Origin: an uncultured Chloroflexia bacterium
Lineage (GTDB): Bacteria > Chloroflexota > Limnocylindria > QHBO01
Direction: 5' to 3'
NCBI GenBank assembly: GCA_963810925.1
Contig: CAWEPF010000008.1
Coordinates: forward strand, 249,994-313,993
DNA: 64,000 bases
This document shows positions 1-8,894 of this stretch, one piece after another (within the stretch, counting starts at the first letter, position 1; every line of letters begins with the position of its first letter). A program made the position numbers and the translations under genes. The notes beneath the pieces were generated by a model. It worked only from the letters and a program-made list of their open reading frames with translations. It had not been told where the DNA came from and did no database searches.

Positions 1-122
1 GGCGCACGGGGCGCGGCCGGACCTACGGAGCCACGAACCCGCCGCTGGCCGTCGATACGTCGGCATCGGATACTGAGCAGCCCACAACAGACGTCGAACC
101 CGCCCCCGACAGCGAGGAGTAG
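1..122 (+). CDS. 3' end of an upstream CDS (partial, unidentified)
   Basis: The frame is open from the window edge. It reads ...PLAVDTSASDTEQPTTDVEPAPDSEE, then TAG at 120-122. Too short to name. Confidence 0.25.
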   Translation, partial: RTGRGRTYGATNPPLAVDTSASDTEQPTTDVEPAPDSEE

Positions 123-128
123 CCGCCC

Positions 129-461
129 ATGCCCCTGATGGTCACCTTCTTCAACGTCCGCCAGGGCGTCCTGCGCGACACGGCCTTCAAGCGCGGCATG
201 CGCCACTTCTTCCCGAAGCGCGCCCGCCAGTACGAGGAGCGGTACGGGATCCGGTTTGTCGGCTGGTTCAACGTGACCGAGGGGTCGGAGTGGAACAACG
301 TGATCATCTTCGACCTGCCCAACTACAGCGTCCTCGACGAGCTGTACGTGGACCCGGCGACTCGCAAGCTGGGCCACAACGTGGCCGAGGGGATCATGAG
401 CACCAAGCACGTCATGTTCCTGCGGGAGCGGATGGGACCCGACCTGGTGTACAAGCCTTGA
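129..461 (+). CDS. hypothetical small protein (110 aa), possibly a dimeric alpha/beta-barrel (NIPSNAP/Dabb-like) fold
   Basis: ATG at 129 is preceded by GAGGAG. Composition is balanced and rich in aromatic and charged residues, unlike the R/G/P-rich shadow ORFs. The fold guess is tentative. Confidence 0.6.
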   Translation: MPLMVTFFNVRQGVLRDTAFKRGMRHFFPKRARQYEERYGIRFVGWFNVTEGSEWNNVIIFDLPNYSVLDELYVDPATRKLGHNVAEGIMSTKHVMFLRERMGPDLVYKP

Positions 462-1276
462 CCTCGCCGCGGCTCGTCGCCCTGCGCGAGCTGGCGGAGG
501 AGGCCGAGCTCGAGCGGCGGGACTACGTCGCGGAAGCCACCGAGCAGCTTCGGCGCTTCCTCGAGGCCAACCGCGAGCGGCTGCGCGAAATCGGTCAGTT
601 CACGCTGGTCGACGACGAACAGGACTTCCTGCGCTACCACCCCGCGGACGAGACCTGGGTCACCCGCCTGACCTACCAGGACCCCGCCGACGGCGAGTGG
701 TACGACCAGGAGCAGGAGGTGGACTCCATCTCCGAGCTGGTGGAGCTGTACAACCCGGCCGACATCCTGTCGTGGCTGATCGAGGCGGCGCGGAACCCCA
801 TTGACCACCTGGCAGCGGCGGACGAGCTGACCGATGAGACGGCTGTGCCGCCCGAGCATGACGAGGACTGGCAGGCGGTGCTCCCCGCCGAGCAGCAGGA
901 GACGATCGCCGCCCAGCGGCTGTGGCAGCTGGCCGATGCGTACCGCGCGCAGCTCCAGGAGCAGCAGGCCAGCCTCCTGCGCGAGTTCGTGGGCAACGCG
1001 GAGGACGCCCTCCAGCGGACCGGTGACCTCGTCCTGCTCGACGAGGCCGATGACGTGCTCGTCCTGCGCTCCGATGGGCGGTTCGAGACGACCTTGAACC
1101 TGGCCGATCTCCCGCCCCGGGGGGTGGAGTCCATGGAGGCCCATCGACAGGGCCTGACCGTGACCGATGCCCGGACGGTGGCCGAGTTCTACGACCCGGC
1201 CGACGTGCTCCAGTGGGTGACCGAGTCGCTGACCGAGCGCTACCCGGCGGTCGACTTCAGCGCGGTCTACGACTGA
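458..1276 (+). CDS. hypothetical acidic protein (272 aa) with an internal two-fold repeat
   Basis: An in-frame TTG at 458 overlaps the previous stop (TTGA). Two repeat units end in LYNPADILSWL and FYDPADVLQWV. The upstream part of the 328-aa track ORF is R/G-rich and overlaps gene 129-461, so I trimmed it. Confidence 0.55.
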   Translation: MTSPRLVALRELAEEAELERRDYVAEATEQLRRFLEANRERLREIGQFTLVDDEQDFLRYHPADETWVTRLTYQDPADGEWYDQEQEVDSISELVELYNPADILSWLIEAARNPIDHLAAADELTDETAVPPEHDEDWQAVLPAEQQETIAAQRLWQLADAYRAQLQEQQASLLREFVGNAEDALQRTGDLVLLDEADDVLVLRSDGRFETTLNLADLPPRGVESMEAHRQGLTVTDARTVAEFYDPADVLQWVTESLTERYPAVDFSAVYD

Positions 1277-1279
1277 CCG

Positions 1280-1894
1280 ATGGGACCCGCGACGGCCGAC
1301 GGTGCGCTGGCCGCGGCGTCGGTCCGCGAGCTGTTCGAGTCCGCTGGGGCGCTGCGGACCGGGCACTTTCGGCTGAAGAGCGGGCGCCACTCGGATCGGT
1401 ATCTCGAGAAATTCGCCGTGCTCCAGTACCCAGCCGTCGCTTCGGAGCTGTGCCGTCGCCTTGCGCACGCGCTGGCCGACGAGCAGCCGGACGTGGTCGT
1501 CGGGCCGACCACCGGCGGCGTGCTGCTGGCGTTCGAAACCGCGCGGCATCTCGAGTCACGACTGGGCCGCCAGGTGCGGGGCATCTTCGCGGAAGCGGTG
1601 GACGGTGGACGGGCGCTGCGGCGCGGGTTCGCAATGGGTCCCGACGAGCGGGTGGTCATCGTTGACGACATCCTGACCACCGGCCAGTCGGTGCGCGAGA
1701 CGCTCGACGCGGTGCGCGCGGCGGGGGGCACGCCGCGCGCGGTGGCCGTCATCGTGGACCGCTCGACGGAGGCGCTGGACCTTGGGCTGCCGGTCCATGC
1801 GCTCGATCGAATCGAGATCGGTTCCTGGGCTGCCGACGCCTGCCCCCTGTGTACCGCTGACGTTCCCCTCGAGACCCCGGGGAGCAGCGCCTAG
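1280..1894 (+). CDS. pyrE: orotate phosphoribosyltransferase
   Basis: HFRLKSGRHS N-terminal signature and PRPP-binding loop VVIVDDILTTGQS. 204 aa. Confidence 0.85.
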   Translation: MGPATADGALAAASVRELFESAGALRTGHFRLKSGRHSDRYLEKFAVLQYPAVASELCRRLAHALADEQPDVVVGPTTGGVLLAFETARHLESRLGRQVRGIFAEAVDGGRALRRGFAMGPDERVVIVDDILTTGQSVRETLDAVRAAGGTPRAVAVIVDRSTEALDLGLPVHALDRIEIGSWAADACPLCTADVPLETPGSSA

Positions 1895-2772
1895 CCGATC
1901 ACCGGCTCCTGCCACGTGACCTCGGTCAGGCGCGCCGGGGGAAACTCTCCGTCGGCGGGGACGATGCCCGCCTCGGCCTCCACCGGGATCCCGATCGGGG
2001 CGACGAGGTAGCGCCCAGCCAGGCGGCGCGCATCCGGATCCAGGACGAACCCGGCCTTGGCCCGGTGGAAGGTGACCGTGATGTCGGCCGCGACCACCGG
2101 ATCGGACTGCTCCCCGCCGGTCAGACCAATGAGCGTGGGCGTGTCTACGGCCAGGATCCGGCACGGGCGTCCGGCGGCCGCGGCGTGGGTCCGGATGGCG
2201 TTCAGGAGGTCGACCGCGGTCGAGATCGGCTCGCGGAGCGGGCCCGAGGCACCACTGCCCAGGAGCGCATCCACCAGAAGCGAGGCCGGGGACAGCCGCG
2301 CGCGCAGGCTGGTGAGCAGGTCGGCACTCGGGGCGATGAACAGCTCCAGCGAGCCACCGGCGGCCATCGCCTGGAGCACGCCCCAGTTGTGGGCTGCCGC
2401 GTGACCGCTGATCCCACCTGCGTTCCCCACCAGGACGGCAATGACCCGCTGGCCCCCGGCCGCCAGCCGGCGCGCGACGACGAACCCGTCCCCGCCGTTG
2501 TTGCCCGTCCCGCACAGGACCACGCTCATCAGGCGCTCGGCCAGCGGCCCACCCGGTCCCACAACGGGCTCCGCGAGGCGGGCCAGCTCGGTGAAGGCCA
2601 CCTCGGCCACGGCGGCCCCGGCGCTCTCCATGAGGGCGTCCTCGGTCAGGCCCAGCGCCTTGGCCGCTTCGTCGATCTTGGCCATCTCGGCCGCACCGAT
2701 GAGCACCGAGCGCGTCCGCCCTTCGGGTCCCGGCGCGGCGCTCGTGGGCGAGGCCCCGCCCGGATCGGTCAT
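1891..2772 (-). CDS. NAD(P)H-hydrate epimerase (YjeF N-terminal domain family)
   Basis: CGTGNNGGDGFVVAR motif typical of the YjeF_N domain. The internal ATG at 2772 forms an ATGA overlap with the upstream stop. The longer track ORF has an R-rich N-terminus. Confidence 0.75.
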   Translation of the reverse strand: MTDPGGASPTSAAPGPEGRTRSVLIGAAEMAKIDEAAKALGLTEDALMESAGAAVAEVAFTELARLAEPVVGPGGPLAERLMSVVLCGTGNNGGDGFVVARRLAAGGQRVIAVLVGNAGGISGHAAAHNWGVLQAMAAGGSLELFIAPSADLLTSLRARLSPASLLVDALLGSGASGPLREPISTAVDLLNAIRTHAAAAGRPCRILAVDTPTLIGLTGGEQSDPVVAADITVTFHRAKAGFVLDPDARRLAGRYLVAPIGIPVEAEAGIVPADGEFPPARLTEVTWQEPVIG

Positions 2773-3242
2773 TCGAGCGTGTAGAGGTACTCGACGATGG
2801 TCGCGATGTCCTCGGTCGACAGCTGCCCGCCGGGGCCGCCGAAGACCGGCATCCCGCCGCGGTCCAGGCCCGCCACCTCCGGCCCGCTGCCATCGATCCA
2901 CAGGTTGGGCCAGTCGTCAGGGTGATCGGTGCCCAGCTGCTGGAGGTTGTCGCTCTTGGGGCCGGCCGAGATGCCATGCAGGCTCGGGCCCACCAGGCCG
3001 GTCAGGTCGTCGCCATGACACGACTGGCAGCCGGCATGCTCGATCAGGGTCATCGCGTCCGCGGTGCCGCCCCCACTCGGGTTGGGCTGACCGCTTGGCG
3101 GCGGACCAACCAGGTCGGGATTCGTTCCCTCCAGGTTGAAGGTCAGCGACACGACGCCCAGGATCACCACGGCCGCGCCCACGCCCACGATCCAGCGCGG
3201 GATGCGCTCGGTACCGGTCTCGACCGGCGGAGGCCCGGTCAT
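2769..3242 (-). CDS. membrane-anchored mono-heme class I cytochrome c
   Basis: N-terminal TM helix (WIVGVGAAVVILGVVSL), a single CQSCH heme motif and a distal Met in GGMPVF. It starts 4 nt after the stop of the CcoN-like gene. Confidence 0.75.
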   Translation of the reverse strand: MTGPPPVETGTERIPRWIVGVGAAVVILGVVSLTFNLEGTNPDLVGPPPSGQPNPSGGGTADAMTLIEHAGCQSCHGDDLTGLVGPSLHGISAGPKSDNLQQLGTDHPDDWPNLWIDGSGPEVAGLDRGGMPVFGGPGGQLSTEDIATIVEYLYTLE

Positions 3243-3246
3243 CGGT

Positions 3247-4716
3247 TCAATGGCTCGCCGGCGCGGCAGCCGGGGCCGTGCCTGCGACCGCGGTGTGGAC
3301 CGGACGCCCGTGCGCCGCCAGGAGGTAGGCCTCGACCGCATGCCCGGCGGCCGCCAGGCCGAGCAGGCCCAGCCCGGCCCACGCGATCAGGTGGATGGGC
3401 AGGAGGCTGGTCAGGATCTCGTCCGGGGCCGTGCCGTCGGCCACGAGGCCCACGTGGAACAGTCCCCCCGCGATGAGCGCTGCACCCATCACGGCCGCGC
3501 CGACGAGCGCCGACCAGGTGACCGCGTAGGCGACGAGGCCGCCCTGATGGGAGCGATGCAGCATCCGGGGCCACGCGTGCTCCCCCACTGCCATCAGCCC
3601 GATGCTGGCCGCCCCGCCCAGGGCGAACGCGACCACGCCGATGGGCCACTCGGTGTGGGCCACCGCGGCCTGAACCTCGCGCAGCGACCCGATCCCGGCC
3701 AGGACCACGCTGCCACCGAGGAAGACCAGGGAGGAAACGGCCATCGCCAGGGGGCCGGGCGATAGGACCAGCGCCCACCGACCACGGAGGGTCATGGCCA
3801 GGTTGGCCACCACCGCCAGGACGGGGAGCAGCAGCATCATGGTGGCCGCGTTGCCGGCGCTGACCAGCGCGTATGGGATGGAGGGGTGGACGGCCGCCCC
3901 GAAGATCGCGATCACGCCCAGCACCGCCCAGGTCCACAGGCCGAACCAGGCCAGCGCCCCGGAAGCCAGCGGCTGTCCGCTGAGCCGCGGGACAAGGTAG
4001 TGCAGGCCACCGATCGTCACGCCGATCGCGAACAGGAGGGTCCAGGCCCGGATCCACATCGCCTCGGCCAGCGCGTCGGTCGTGGGGTCGAGGTTGAGGA
4101 GGCTCACGACCGACGCCTCGATCACGAGGCCCAGCAGGGTCAGCATGCCCACGCCGAACCAGGCCAGACTGATGAACGCGTGCTCGGCACCAAAGACGCT
4201 CCGCCAGAACGAGAGGCTGGTCAGCAGCAGGCCCAGCACCAGGATGAGGTTCACGACGAACGGGAAGCCCGTGACGGTCCCCTCGTCCACCAACTGGGGG
4301 ATGTAGAGCAGTGCCAGGCCCGCCGCAAAGCCCACGTTCCAGATGATCATCCCCAGCACCGCGGTCCGCTGGCCGGTGATCGGCCGCCCGGTCAGGCGGG
4401 GAGTCGCGAAGAAGATGGCGCCCAGGGCCGCATTGGTGAGCCAGCCCCACGCGAAGGTGTGCCGGAAGCCGGCCGCCACCGTGTCAGCGGTGAACTCGAC
4501 CGACAGGCCGAACGGCAGCTCGATGATGAACGTGAAGCTGGACATCACCAGCTGGAGGGCGGCGAGGGTGCCGATGCCGGTGGCGGTCAGGAACCACAGC
4601 GCCCCGAACCCGAAGAAGCCCTTGGCGGCAGCGTCCGGACCGGACGGAAAGAGCGATCGGCTCGACTTCGGCGGCTTGTCGTAGGGACGCAGCTTCTTGA
4701 GGTTTCCGCTGGTCAT
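3247..4716 (-). CDS. CcoN/FixN-like heme-copper oxidase subunit I homologue lacking the binuclear-centre histidines
   Basis: 489 aa with about 12 TM segments. FRHTFAWGWLTNAALGAIFFATPRLT resembles the CcoN helix II motif LHTNAVIF..YYVxxRT. AHTEWPIGVVAFALGG resembles HYTDWTIGHVHSGALG, but the HVH is replaced by VVA. See findings. Confidence 0.6.
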   Translation of the reverse strand: MTSGNLKKLRPYDKPPKSSRSLFPSGPDAAAKGFFGFGALWFLTATGIGTLAALQLVMSSFTFIIELPFGLSVEFTADTVAAGFRHTFAWGWLTNAALGAIFFATPRLTGRPITGQRTAVLGMIIWNVGFAAGLALLYIPQLVDEGTVTGFPFVVNLILVLGLLLTSLSFWRSVFGAEHAFISLAWFGVGMLTLLGLVIEASVVSLLNLDPTTDALAEAMWIRAWTLLFAIGVTIGGLHYLVPRLSGQPLASGALAWFGLWTWAVLGVIAIFGAAVHPSIPYALVSAGNAATMMLLLPVLAVVANLAMTLRGRWALVLSPGPLAMAVSSLVFLGGSVVLAGIGSLREVQAAVAHTEWPIGVVAFALGGAASIGLMAVGEHAWPRMLHRSHQGGLVAYAVTWSALVGAAVMGAALIAGGLFHVGLVADGTAPDEILTSLLPIHLIAWAGLGLLGLAAAGHAVEAYLLAAHGRPVHTAVAGTAPAAAPASH

Positions 4717-4819
4717 CCGAGCGCGCGGGGCCTCCTGAATGGGAATCCCGTGTGAGTCGGTTCCGCACCGCGGGCCGCGCCCAGCGACCCGGCCGCATTG
4801 TAGCGGTCACAATCGCCGT

Positions 4820-5383
4820 ATGACCGATGGCGCATCGTCTCGCTCGATCGTGCGCCCGCTCCTCCGGGCGCGCCAGGTCCGTGAGTTCACGGACACTCCT
4901 CTGACCGATGCGGAGCTCGACGCGATCACCGACGTGGCCCGCTGGACGGGGAGCAGCCGCAACACCCAGCCATGGCGGTTCCTGACCATTCGCCATGCGG
5001 CGACCATCCGCCGCCTCGAGGCCGTAGGCCTCCCGCAGACCCGTGCCCTGAAGACGGCGACCGCGGCCGTGGCCATCGTCCTGCCGGACGATCCGCGGCG
5101 CGTCACCTCCCTCGCCTACGACGACGGTCGGGCGGCGGAGCGGATGCTGATCGCCGCCGGCATGCTGGGCGTGGCGGCCGGCATCGCGTGGATCCGCCAG
5201 GACGTCCTGCCCACGGTGCGCGAGATCCTCGAGCTCCCCGAAAGCGTGATGGTCCGGACCGTGATGGCCCTGGGGCATCCGACCGATGCCGCGCTGCAGC
5301 CCAAGTCGGCGCCCGGCCTGGCCCGGCTGCCACGGGAGGCATCGGTCTTTGCCGAGCGGCTTCCGGCCGACGCCCTGGAATAG
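4820..5383 (+). CDS. nitroreductase family protein
   Basis: RSxRxF-type N-terminus (RARQVREFTD) and SSRNTQPWRF motif. I chose the internal ATG at 4820. Confidence 0.75.
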   Translation: MTDGASSRSIVRPLLRARQVREFTDTPLTDAELDAITDVARWTGSSRNTQPWRFLTIRHAATIRRLEAVGLPQTRALKTATAAVAIVLPDDPRRVTSLAYDDGRAAERMLIAAGMLGVAAGIAWIRQDVLPTVREILELPESVMVRTVMALGHPTDAALQPKSAPGLARLPREASVFAERLPADALE

Positions 5384-5415
5384 ACGAACCCCGGGCGGTC
5401 GGACCCGGGGTTCGT
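5384..5415. terminator. GC-rich hairpin between convergent nitroreductase gene and tRNA
   Basis: ACGAACCCCGGG-cggtcgga-CCCGGGGTTCGT, a perfect 12-bp stem starting right after the TAG stop. Confidence 0.5.
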
Positions 5416-5427
5416 GGGAGTAAACGT

Positions 5428-5502
<75 letters not shown>

Positions 5503-5538
5503 ACCACCTACGGTACCGGCGCTTGGGCCGGCGGTCAA

Positions 5539-5865
5539 CTAGCGGTGGGCGAGCGTCTTGGTCATCGAGCGCAGGACCAGGAGGGCGACGATCGCCACCA
5601 GCATGCCCCGCAGGGCGATCTGGGTGGCGTCCACCGCGGGCTCCCATTCCACCTCGTCCCCGCGGATGATCCACGTTCCAACGGGGCGGGCACTGACCCC
5701 AAATCCCCCGCCTGCATCACCCGACTGGTCGCTCCCACCACCCCCACCGCCCATCACCGCGGCAGCCGGAATGAGTGTCAGTCCGTTCCGTTCGATTGGC
5801 TCTCCGTACACGCGCGACACCGCGATGGCGTCGCGGGCACCCTGGAGCATTTCGTCCACGTTCAT
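5539..5865 (-). CDS. GerW/YtfJ family protein
   Basis: YGEPIERNGLTLIPAAAV followed by a Gly-rich loop and a C-terminal hydrophobic tail, as in GerW/YtfJ proteins. Confidence 0.65.
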   Translation of the reverse strand: MNVDEMLQGARDAIAVSRVYGEPIERNGLTLIPAAAVMGGGGGGSDQSGDAGGGFGVSARPVGTWIIRGDEVEWEPAVDATQIALRGMLVAIVALLVLRSMTKTLAHR

Positions 5866-6005
5866 CGGTTTTCTCCTTCATGCGGATGAGACCAGTCTAG
5901 GCGCGTCTGGAAATCGTGCCTTTCGGCACTGGTTGGGTACCTGCTCCTGAGCCGAGTCTTCCGGTCAAACGGGCCTCGAGGCCCGCACGTCCGTTGGAGA
6001 AGGTG

Positions 6006-7199
6006 ATGACGTCAAGCGATCCGGTCACGGCATCGGAGGCCAAGACGGCTCCCAGAGGTCTGTTGGGATCGCTCTCAGACCAGTTCGGCTTCCACCAGAT
6101 GATCAGCGACTACCTGATCCCCATCGAGTCGAACAACTTCTGGTACCTGCTCGGGGGGGTGCTGGGCATCGCGCTCGCGGTTGAGATCGGCACGGGCGTT
6201 CTCCTGTCGCTGGTCTACGTCCCGGATGCCGGGCAGGCGTTTGGCATTACCCAACATCTCATCACCACCGGCGGTTGGTCCATCGTCCTCAACTTCCACT
6301 TCTACAACTCGTTCGTGATCTTCGGGCTCGTGATGATCCACATGGTGCGGGTCTTCATCACGGGCAGCTATCGGCGTGGCAAGACGGGCCTGTGGCTGAT
6401 CGGCGTCGGTCTGGCCGCCGTCACCTTCGTCATCTCGCTCACCGGCGAGGCGCTTCATTGGGACGAGGTTGGCTTTGGCGTTCCCTGGAATGTCTCCGAG
6501 GTACTCGACGCCGTGGGTCTCGCCGCGTTCTTCGGGTACACGACCGACGCGCTGCTGGCCATCCCGACCGCCACCGAGAAGCTGACGCAGATCTACGTCC
6601 TCCACATCTCGATCGTTCCGATCGCGCTCGGTGTCCTCGTCGGCTGGCATTACCTGCTGATTCGGTTCAAGGGCATCTCCACCCCATTCTGGCTTCGGGC
6701 GAGTGGCCGGAAGGCCGGCTTTCTCGAGCACGTCCGCGGCTGGATCATTCTCAGCGCGGTCATCCTCGGCGTTGTCCTCCTCCTGGCGATCTTCGTTCCC
6801 CGCGAGGCCGGAACGGCGCCCCAGCTTCTTCCGTCCTCGCCGTTCTATGGCGTGGATGACGATCCCGGCGGACTTGGATTCAAGCCGACCTTCCCGATCA
6901 GCTGGACGCGCGGCATGAATATCGTCGCTGCCAACCTGGGGATCGATCCGGACATCTGGGGAGCGATGCTCGGGATGGGCATCATGCTCCTCGTCCTCGT
7001 CGTCGTTCCGTTCGTCGACCGAGGGGACCGGGAGCCGGACAGCTGGGCTGCCGCCTTCAACTGGCGCAAGCGGGGTTGGGCCTTCGTGGCGATGGGCGCC
7101 TTCTGGGTCGTGATGATCGGTGGGACTCATCGTCAACCAGATCACCGCCGCCGGCTGATCCAGGCAATCGAGCGGCCGAGGACAGGAGTGCACCGATAG
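6006..7199 (+). CDS. cytochrome b (fused b6 + subunit IV-like, stand-alone)
   Basis: H-x13-H in NFHFYNSFVIFGLVMIH and H-x14-H in LHISIVPIALGVLVGWH (bis-heme ligands). ATG at 6006 follows GGAGAAGG. The last ~25 aa are R-rich, so the 3' end is uncertain. Confidence 0.75.
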   Translation: MTSSDPVTASEAKTAPRGLLGSLSDQFGFHQMISDYLIPIESNNFWYLLGGVLGIALAVEIGTGVLLSLVYVPDAGQAFGITQHLITTGGWSIVLNFHFYNSFVIFGLVMIHMVRVFITGSYRRGKTGLWLIGVGLAAVTFVISLTGEALHWDEVGFGVPWNVSEVLDAVGLAAFFGYTTDALLAIPTATEKLTQIYVLHISIVPIALGVLVGWHYLLIRFKGISTPFWLRASGRKAGFLEHVRGWIILSAVILGVVLLLAIFVPREAGTAPQLLPSSPFYGVDDDPGGLGFKPTFPISWTRGMNIVAANLGIDPDIWGAMLGMGIMLLVLVVVPFVDRGDREPDSWAAAFNWRKRGWAFVAMGAFWVVMIGGTHRQPDHRRRLIQAIERPRTGVHR

Positions 7200-7329
7200 C
7201 CGCGCAACTGCACAGCCTGCTGGCGTTCGGCGCCGCGATGGTCGTGGCCGTCGCCGGCCTCGAGGCTACCTGTGGCGCGCTATCCGCGACGTCGCTCCGG
7301 GTACGGCGGCCTCGTGGCTCGAGGGCCTG

Positions 7330-7557
7330 GTGCTCCTGATCGTGGGCCTGAGCGCTGCGGCCGGCCTGGGCATGCTGGTCGGTGGAGCACGCCCCGCAGA
7401 GTTGCTCCATTTCGTCTACGCGGTGCTCGCCTTCGGCGCGCTGCCCGTCGCGGCATCCGTGTCCGCAACGTGGCAGCCGCGCCGTCGTGCCGCCGCGACG
7501 GTGGTCGCTTCGCTGATCGCGCTGGTCGTGATCATCCGCCTCTTCGCGACCGGCTAG
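7330..7557 (+). CDS. small hydrophobic membrane protein, 5' end unresolved
   Basis: Two TM-like segments. Another TM-like stretch (IAAQLHSLLAFGAAMVVAVAGLEA) lies just upstream in a different frame, which suggests a frame break near 7262. Confidence 0.35.
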   Translation: MLLIVGLSAAAGLGMLVGGARPAELLHFVYAVLAFGALPVAASVSATWQPRRRAAATVVASLIALVVIIRLFATG

Positions 7558-7559
7558 CC

Positions 7560-8798
7560 TCAGGTCGGGCGGTGCGCCCCCGGCTCCATGTCGACCATGG
7601 CCCAGTGGATTCCGTCCCGGTCCATGATGGCGAGGTACGGGTCCGCGTCAAATGCCTCCGGTCCGAGGACCCCGGTCCCGGACCACGCACCGGTGGCAAG
7701 GAGCTCCATGGCGACCACCGGATTGAACCCGGTCTGCCACCCGACCACCTGGACCCCGTACCGGCGCCAGGTGTCGGCGGCGTCCGCGTTCTGGTACAGG
7801 AACACCTCGCGCGGCCGGCCGTCCTTGCGACCGATGACCCACGTCCCGACCATGGCTCGCCCGACCATCCGGTCCCCCAGGGTGATGGGGTCGGGGGTGA
7901 TGGCCGCCAGCACGTCCCGCGGGGACACCTCCACGCCCTTGACCGAGACCTTGTCGGTGCGATGCATGCCCAGGGCGTGGATGGTCTTGAGCTTGTCGAT
8001 GAAGTCCTCGCCCAGGGCGTACTTGAAGGTGACGCGCCGCAACCCGGGAAGCTGGCGCGGCACGAGGAGCACCTCCTCGTGCTCCACGTTCACGCACTCC
8101 ATCGGTCCAATGCCTTCGGGGAAGGGGAAGGACTCGGGCGCGCTGAAGGGCTCGGTCGTGATCCACCCGTTCTGCTCACCGTTCCACTCGATGGGCGGGT
8201 TCAGGCATTCCTCGATCGTGGTCCAGATACTGAACACCGGAGCAAAGGCGTAGCCGGGAATCGCCAGGTCGCCACCGTCGCGGACGTGGACCTCGTGAAC
8301 CTCGTCGAACAGGTGGTCCGCGGCGTAGCGGGCGAACAGGTCGGCCAGGCCCGGATCCATGCCCATCCCGAGCACCGCCAGGCGGCCGTCGCGCACCCAG
8401 TCGTCGTGGCGGGCGAACTGCTCGTCCCCGAGCTTGAGCCCCGGGGTGTGGAACGGGTCGCTCGGGTGCGGGACCGACAGGCTGCAGGCCATGTCCATGT
8501 AGTTCGTGCCCGCCTCCAGCGCCCCGTCGAAGATCGACATCACGAACTGCGGGTCGACCGCGTTCATGACCAGGTCAGACCGATGGCGCCGCGCCAGCGC
8601 GGCGATGGCCGCCCGGTCGCGCGCGTCGATGTGCTCGACCGGGAACCGCTCCGAGTCACCGCCCAGGGCCGCCTGGAGCGTCTCCGCGCGGGCCGTGTCG
8701 TAGTCGGCCAGGACGAGCTGCTCGCACCACGCGTGAGTCGCGGCCAGGCGGGCGATGGACTCGCCCACCGTCCCAACCCCGATCAGCAGCACGCGCAT
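7560..8798 (-). CDS. saccharopine dehydrogenase family oxidoreductase
   Basis: N-terminal Rossmann motif MRVLLIGVGTVG and a 412-aa overall pattern typical of the saccharopine / carboxynorspermidine dehydrogenase family. Confidence 0.8.
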   Translation of the reverse strand: MRVLLIGVGTVGESIARLAATHAWCEQLVLADYDTARAETLQAALGGDSERFPVEHIDARDRAAIAALARRHRSDLVMNAVDPQFVMSIFDGALEAGTNYMDMACSLSVPHPSDPFHTPGLKLGDEQFARHDDWVRDGRLAVLGMGMDPGLADLFARYAADHLFDEVHEVHVRDGGDLAIPGYAFAPVFSIWTTIEECLNPPIEWNGEQNGWITTEPFSAPESFPFPEGIGPMECVNVEHEEVLLVPRQLPGLRRVTFKYALGEDFIDKLKTIHALGMHRTDKVSVKGVEVSPRDVLAAITPDPITLGDRMVGRAMVGTWVIGRKDGRPREVFLYQNADAADTWRRYGVQVVGWQTGFNPVVAMELLATGAWSGTGVLGPEAFDADPYLAIMDRDGIHWAMVDMEPGAHRPT

Positions 8799-8894
8799 CG
8801 CGATCCTCCGGTCATCGTGGTTGTCCGGGTATGACGGGCGCGCCGCGGCTGCGGCGCGCCATCGGTCCCGAACGGGGAATGTTGTTCGTCTAGC

